DNA of 64,000 nt. Source: Candidatus Bathyarchaeota archaeon. GTDB lineage: Archaea > Thermoproteota > Bathyarchaeia > Bathyarchaeales > Bathycorpusculaceae. Positions within the stretch are counted from its first letter, which is position 1; the number at the start of each line of letters is the position of its first letter. Under the pieces are notes generated by a model that was not told the origin of the DNA, did no database searches, and was given only the letters and a program-made list of their open reading frames with translations. The stretch lies in the NCBI GenBank assembly GCA_963828195.1, contig CAWHDT010000007.1:1-64000 (forward strand), read 5' to 3'. The position numbers were made by a program, and so were the translations under genes. Of this stretch, positions 58,746 through 64,000 are shown piece after piece.

Positions 58746-59366
58746 GTGAGTGTCAAAGATGGTTTGTTTGCGATTACAAGTGAAGTTTTAGCGGATGTGC
58801 AAAAAGAAGCAGAAGCCATAATTTTGGCGGCTGAAAATGAAGCGAAAGAAACATTAAAAACAGCCAAAAAACAAGCAGACCAAAACTACCAGGATATAAT
58901 TAATGATGAGAAGACAAATGCTGAAAACGAAAAGCGGAAAATAACCTCGGTTACGGAAGTTGAGATAAGGAATAATCTGCTTCAAACCAAAGAAGAGTTA
59001 GTTGACAGCGTTTTCGAGAAAGCTGTCGAGAAACTGGAAGATTTTGTTAAAACTGAGGAATACCGAAAGTATCTGCTTAAAATTATAGAAGAAGTGGTTA
59101 AAAAAATCGGCAGAAAAAACGTTGTTGTGAAAGTTAACGGCAAAGATAAAACTTGGCTCACGCAAGAAATGCTGAACCGTTTGTCTAAGAAGCTACGTAG
59201 GCAATTGACGCTGTCTGACGAAAAAGAAGATTTCATTGGCGGCTGCAAAATCCAAACCATAGACGGCAAAATAACCTGCGATAGCACCATAGATAATCGG
59301 TTGCAAGAACTCAAGCCTACCTTACGGGTTGAAGCGGCAAAAATACTGTTCGGGAAGGAGGCCTAG
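58746..59366 (+). CDS. atpE: A/V-type ATP synthase subunit E
   Basis: Helical N-terminus, IGGCKI...DGKI..DST..NRL. Confidence 0.9.
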   Translation: MSVKDGLFAITSEVLADVQKEAEAIILAAENEAKETLKTAKKQADQNYQDIINDEKTNAENEKRKITSVTEVEIRNNLLQTKEELVDSVFEKAVEKLEDFVKTEEYRKYLLKIIEEVVKKIGRKNVVVKVNGKDKTWLTQEMLNRLSKKLRRQLTLSDEKEDFIGGCKIQTIDGKITCDSTIDNRLQELKPTLRVEAAKILFGKEA

Positions 59367-59371
59367 AAAAC

Positions 59372-61141
59372 ATGCTGGTTAAAGGAAGCGTAATTCGAGT
59401 TGCGGGGCCAGTTGTTGAAGCCAAAGGCATGGCACGAGCCGTTATGCATGAACTTGTTGAAGTAGGTAAAGAGGGCTTAATAGGTGAAATTATTCGTTTA
59501 GAAGGGGAACGTGCAACAATTCAAGTTTACCAGAACACTTCTGGACTTAAACTTAACGAGCCTGTGATAGGAACTGGAAACCCTCTTTCAGTGGAGCTTG
59601 CTCCGGGATTAGTGGGAAACGTTTTCGACGGCATCCAAAGACCATTAGAAGTGTTGAAGACACTTACTGGACCATTTATTAAACAAGTGCACGGAGTGTC
59701 ACCCCTTTCAACTGATAAAAAATGGGCTTTTATACCCAAGGCAACAGTGGGAAATAAGCTTGGAAGTGGCGATGTCATTGGAACAGTGTCAGAAACCGAT
59801 TTGGTTGAACACCGCATACTTGTCCCACCGACCATGCAGGGCAAACTAGTCCAAATTGCACCGCAAGGCAACTACACAATCATAGAAACCATCGCCACCA
59901 TAGAAGAAAACGGAAAAAAAACTGACCTGAAAATGCTTCAGAAATGGCCGGTACGGGAGCCTAGGCCGTACAGCCGAAGGCTTCCTGCATCTGCTCCTTT
60001 AATCACGGGGCAACGTGTAATTGACACTTTCTTTCCAATAGCTAAGGGCGGAAGCGCTTCTATTCCAGGCGGTTTTGGCACTGGAAAAACTATTACTCAG
60101 CAACAGCTTGCCAAATGGTCAGATGCAGACTTGGTAATTTACGTGGGCTGCGGTGAAAGGGGCAACGAAATGGTAGATGTGTTGACTAGCTTTCCCAAGT
60201 TAACTGACCCTACAACTGGGCACCCGCTTATGGAGCGAACCATACTTATCGCTAACACAAGCAACATGCCAGTCTCTGCCCGTGAAGCCAGCATCTACAC
60301 AGGAATAACCATAGCTGAATACTATCGAGACATGGGTTACGCAGTGGCTTTGATGGCGGATTCCACAAGCAGGTGGGCAGAAGCGCTGAGAGAAATTTCA
60401 GGGAGGCTTGAGGAGATGCCTGCAGAGGAAGGCTTCCCAAGCTATTTGCCGTCTCGCCTAGCGGAATTTTATGAGCGTACAGGCGTCGTGGAACCATTAG
60501 GTGCAGAAAAACGCGTCGGCTCAATTTGTGCAATTGGAGCGGTTTCTCCTCCCGGCGGCGACTTTACTGAGCCAGTGACTCAGCATACTAAACGTTTCAC
60601 ACGGGTTTTCTGGGCTTTAGACCCTGAATTGGCAGATGCTAGGCATTATCCCGCGATTAATTGGGTTCAAAGCTACAGCGGATACATAGGTGAACTTGCA
60701 GGTTGGTGGCAAGACAAAGTGGATAAAGACTGGAATAGCTATCGAGAACAGGCAATGCGCATACTGCAGACGGAGGACGAATTGAAAAACATCGTTAAAC
60801 TGGTCGGTCCAGAAGCTTTGCCTGATAAACAGCGCTTAATTTTAGAGACAGCCCGAATAATCCGCACGGCTTTTTTGCAGCAGAATGCCTTGGATCCAGT
60901 GGATACTTACTGCTCTCCTCAAAAACAATTCAAAATGCTTAAAATAATTATGGATTTCAACAGTTTAGCCGAGCGTGTTGTAAACAAGGGCGCACCAATC
61001 TTCAAGATTACACAGCTGCCAATCACAGAGGAGATCATGCGCATGAAAACTTCAGTGGCAAACGACAAAGTAAATCTTTTAGACGATTTGGAAACACGAA
61101 TGAATCAGATCTTCGAAATGTTGGAGGCAAGTTTGAGGTAA
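59372..61141 (+). CDS. atpA: A/V-type ATP synthase subunit A
   Basis: [42 protein letters not shown]. Confidence 0.98.
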   Translation: MLVKGSVIRVAGPVVEAKGMARAVMHELVEVGKEGLIGEIIRLEGERATIQVYQNTSGLKLNEPVIGTGNPLSVELAPGLVGNVFDGIQRPLEVLKTLTGPFIKQVHGVSPLSTDKKWAFIPKATVGNKLGSGDVIGTVSETDLVEHRILVPPTMQGKLVQIAPQGNYTIIETIATIEENGKKTDLKMLQKWPVREPRPYSRRLPASAPLITGQRVIDTFFPIAKGGSASIPGGFGTGKTITQQQLAKWSDADLVIYVGCGERGNEMVDVLTSFPKLTDPTTGHPLMERTILIANTSNMPVSAREASIYTGITIAEYYRDMGYAVALMADSTSRWAEALREISGRLEEMPAEEGFPSYLPSRLAEFYERTGVVEPLGAEKRVGSICAIGAVSPPGGDFTEPVTQHTKRFTRVFWALDPELADARHYPAINWVQSYSGYIGELAGWWQDKVDKDWNSYREQAMRILQTEDELKNIVKLVGPEALPDKQRLILETARIIRTAFLQQNALDPVDTYCSPQKQFKMLKIIMDFNSLAERVVNKGAPIFKITQLPITEEIMRMKTSVANDKVNLLDDLETRMNQIFEMLEASLR

Positions 61142-61146
61142 AGCGT

Positions 61147-62544
61147 ATGGCAGGCACAGGATTAGAGTATAAAGGTGTAGCCTCGATTTCAGGCCCAATA
61201 ATCATAGTAGAAAATGTAGGAGAAGTAAGTTTCGACGAACTTGTATCGGTGAAAACCCAGACTGGAGAAATGCGCCTAGGCAAAGTTATTGAGGTAACTC
61301 AGAAAGCCGTAACCGTCCAAGTCTTCGAAGGCACAACAGGTCTGTCGCCTTCGGAAACGCGTACTCGGTTTCTTGGAAGACCGCTGGAAGTGCCTGTATC
61401 TACAGAGATGCTTGGGCGCGTAATGAACAGTTTCGGCGAACCCATTGACGGTCACCCCCGATTTTTTACGGAAGAGAGACTTGACGTGAATGGTTTCCCT
61501 TTGAATCCGACTGCTCGCGAATATCCAAGAGACTTCATCCAGACGGGCATATCTGCAATTGACGGCTTAACCAGTCTTGTCCGTGGGCAGAAGCTTCCAA
61601 TCTTTAGCGGTCCAGGCTTATCTCACAACGAGCTTGCCGCTCAAATTGTGAGGCAATCGCAGATTCGAGGCGGAAGCGAAGAATTCTATATTGTTTTCAT
61701 TGCAATGGGGTTAGAGCATGATGATGCCGCTTTTTTCCAAAAAAGCTTCGAGGAAACCGGCGCAATAAAAAACGTGGCGATGTTCCTTAACTTAGCTGAG
61801 GACCCGCCTGTGGAACGAATTATTACGCCCAGAGCTGGTTTGACTTTGGCGGAGTATTTGGCGTTTGAGAAGGAATCGCATGTGCTTGTGCTCTTGACAG
61901 ATATGACAAATTACTGCGAAGCACTGCGTGAAGTTAGCGCTTCAATGGAGGAAGTGCCTAGTAGAAAGGGTTATCCTGGTTACATGTACAGTGACCTTGC
62001 AAGCTTATACGAGCGTGCAGGCAGAATCGCTGGCAAGAAGGGCTCCATAACTCAGATGCCTATTTTGACCATGCCAAACGATGACATAACGCATCCTATC
62101 CCCGACTTAACAGGCTATATTACTGAAGGGCAAATTGTCTTGTCCCGCGCCCTGGAAAAACAGAGCATTTATCCCCCAATCAACATAACCACGAGCCTCT
62201 CCAGATTGATGAAGGATGGCATAGGAAAAGACAGCACGCGGGAAGACCACGCTGACGTTGCAAGTCAACTATACGCAGCTTATGCTCAGTACAATGCTGT
62301 GAAATCTTTAGCTACAATTATCGGCGAAGAGGGGTTAGGAAACAGAGATAAAGATTATTTGCGCTTTGGTGAAAATTTCGAGCGGACGCTTATTAATCAA
62401 GGTAAAAACGAGAACAGGTCAATTGAGCAAACTCTTTCGATTGCTTGGGATGCCCTGTCAATTTTGCAGGAAGAAGAATTAACAAGAATCCATCCTGAAT
62501 TAATCAAGAAGTATTTTCCAAAAATTGTTCAAGAGGTAACGTGA
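61147..62544 (+). CDS. atpB: A/V-type ATP synthase subunit B
   Basis: [36 protein letters not shown]. Confidence 0.98.
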   Translation: MAGTGLEYKGVASISGPIIIVENVGEVSFDELVSVKTQTGEMRLGKVIEVTQKAVTVQVFEGTTGLSPSETRTRFLGRPLEVPVSTEMLGRVMNSFGEPIDGHPRFFTEERLDVNGFPLNPTAREYPRDFIQTGISAIDGLTSLVRGQKLPIFSGPGLSHNELAAQIVRQSQIRGGSEEFYIVFIAMGLEHDDAAFFQKSFEETGAIKNVAMFLNLAEDPPVERIITPRAGLTLAEYLAFEKESHVLVLLTDMTNYCEALREVSASMEEVPSRKGYPGYMYSDLASLYERAGRIAGKKGSITQMPILTMPNDDITHPIPDLTGYITEGQIVLSRALEKQSIYPPINITTSLSRLMKDGIGKDSTREDHADVASQLYAAYAQYNAVKSLATIIGEEGLGNRDKDYLRFGENFERTLINQGKNENRSIEQTLSIAWDALSILQEEELTRIHPELIKKYFPKIVQEVT

Positions 62545-62548
62545 CAAA

Positions 62549-63184
62549 ATGTCTCTTGAGAACGTTAGTCCAACAAGAATTAATCTCATTCAAACAAAAA
62601 AGACCCTGAGTTTAGCCGAGTCCGGGCGTGAGGTACTTGAACGTAAACGTGACATTTTGCTCCGCGAGCTAAGAAACAGCATTTATGACGCTGAAAAAAA
62701 CCGAGAAGAGTTATTGGAGGCTCTCGCGAGAGCCTACCAGAGTTTAAAGGAGGCAAATATGGCTAAGGGATCGGAAACAGTTGCTAACGTGGCTTTGGGC
62801 TCAAGTTATGAAGCGGATTTCCTCATGGATTTTAGAAGCATTATGGGCGTGACTGTTCCTACCGTGGAGTTTCAAAACGAGTCTGACGCAAAGCCTGATT
62901 ATGGTTTCGCTAATACTAGCGCGGAGCTTGATAAAGCGTTTAAGCAGTTCTACAGTGTGCTGGGATTAATTGCTAATTTAGCTAGAGCTGAGGGCACCAC
63001 GTTTCAGATTGCTAATGATGTGCGAAGGACTCAGCGGCGAGTAAACGCTTTGAATAACGTACTTATCCCCATGTACCGTAACATTACTAAGCGGATTGAA
63101 CTTGTTTTGGAAGAAAAGGACCGCGAAGAGTTTGTTCGAACTAAGCGAATTAAGCACATGATTAAGGAGCATGGAATAAGATGA
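62549..63184 (+). CDS. atpD: A/V-type ATP synthase subunit D
   Basis: PTRINL, LERKRD, TQRRVNAL, EEKDREEF. Confidence 0.95.
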   Translation: MSLENVSPTRINLIQTKKTLSLAESGREVLERKRDILLRELRNSIYDAEKNREELLEALARAYQSLKEANMAKGSETVANVALGSSYEADFLMDFRSIMGVTVPTVEFQNESDAKPDYGFANTSAELDKAFKQFYSVLGLIANLARAEGTTFQIANDVRRTQRRVNALNNVLIPMYRNITKRIELVLEEKDREEFVRTKRIKHMIKEHGIR

Positions 63185-63624
63185 GTGCAGATTTCAAGAA
63201 TGTGAAAAAAATTTTGATTCCCATTGACGGCTCAGATTACAGCATACGTGCTGCAGAGTACGGTATCAGCGTTGCCAAAATGCTTGATGCCGAAATTATG
63301 GTTGTTTACGTCATGGATCAGATTGTTCTTGACCAAATTTCCAAAGCAACCGACCGTGAGGATGTTGAACGGGATCTAAAGAAAGATGGTCAACAATACA
63401 TCAATTATGTTCTTAGTGAAGCGCAAAAAGAAGGCATTAAAGCTGCTTCTTTGCTTGCGAAAGGAAGACCGTTTGAACAGATTGTTCATTTAGCTAAAGG
63501 TTTAAACATGGATTTAATTGTAATGGGCACTTATGGGCTAAGAGGCGCAGAGAGAATTCTTATCGGCAGCGTTGCCGAACGAGTAATTGAATACTCACCT
63601 TGCCCTGTGTTAGTCGTTAAATGA
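63181..63624 (+). CDS. Universal stress protein
   Basis: ILIPIDGS, DLIVMGT.G, GSVAERV. Confidence 0.95.
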   Translation: MSADFKNVKKILIPIDGSDYSIRAAEYGISVAKMLDAEIMVVYVMDQIVLDQISKATDREDVERDLKKDGQQYINYVLSEAQKEGIKAASLLAKGRPFEQIVHLAKGLNMDLIVMGTYGLRGAERILIGSVAERVIEYSPCPVLVVK

Positions 63625-63644
63625 CAGCGGTAGGAGCGTAACCA

Positions 63645-63842
63645 ATGTCGAAAAACCCAAAGTTAGAAAAAGACTACAAGAAATTTAACAAAAGCATAGA
63701 ACGTGAGGCTGAAGATGAAATAAAGAAAATCCAACAAGAAACCACTGCACTTAAAGAAGAAGCCGGCAAAATAGGCGAAGCTGCCGAACGCTCCATTAAA
63801 GCAAATGAAGCCAAGACAACCAAGAAAAAAGTTAATACCTAG
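63645..63842 (+). CDS. Small charged helical hypothetical protein
   Basis: 65-aa ATG ORF with GGAG RBS. Confidence 0.55.
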   Translation: MSKNPKLEKDYKKFNKSIEREAEDEIKKIQQETTALKEEAGKIGEAAERSIKANEAKTTKKKVNT

Positions 63843-63874
63843 ACAAGCGTTGTTTTTATTGGAGCTAGGTTGCT

Positions 63875-64000
63875 TTGAAACATAGACTATTAATTTTGCT
63901 TTTTTTGATTCCGCTGGCACTTCTGCCTCTTCTCGGAGTAGCCGCAGCATTCACAATTTCCACACTTCAAACGACTACAACAACAACGGCGACTGGACCA
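63875..64000 (+). CDS. Partial CDS, possibly the N-terminus of ATP synthase proteolipid subunit K
   Basis: TTG start, MKHRLLILLFLIPLALLPLLGVAAA...TTTTT signal-like leader, open to the window end; K is otherwise absent. Confidence 0.45.
   Translation, partial: MKHRLLILLFLIPLALLPLLGVAAAFTISTLQTTTTTTATGP

Overview
Archaeal genomic window, probably from a Bathyarchaeia-type organism. This lineage call is inferred from the A-type ATP synthase, pantoate kinase, GGTGA/GGAGG ribosome-binding sites and Pro/Thr-linker surface proteins, and was not checked by a search. 1-8.3 kb is the tail module of an integrated head-tail virus: gp10-like protein, major tail protein, tail chaperone with a clear -1 frameshift, tape measure, distal tail/hub-LamG and fibre genes, a holin-like gene and an inverted flavodoxin moron. 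8.4-21.2 kb is an AT-rich accessory and integrative region. It holds small unrelated genes punctuated by a family of about 27-38 bp sites, a beta-propeller-TM-DnaJ protein, an orphan PD-(D/E)xK nuclease and a tyrosine integrase module. 21-36 kb holds an Ig-repeat surface protein, PrpD, a ComA-like gene, a satellite cassette bounded by the same sites, a rubredoxin-FMN dehydrogenase with SdhAB lacking membrane anchors, and citrate synthase. 36.7-44 kb is a four-gene tubulin/FtsZ-superfamily locus: a coiled-coil-inserted active GTPase, a degenerate paralogue and two membrane proteins, one joined in frame to the GTPase across a single TGA. 44-64 kb holds CoA-synthesis genes, HIT, a MetE-like gene, SPFH/NfeD, HtrA, a Met/Gly-rich putative metal-response cluster and an A-type ATP synthase operon with an inverted subunit I. 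The best candidates for undescribed systems are the tubulin locus and the repeat-bounded cassette array. All family calls come from motif recognition by eye.
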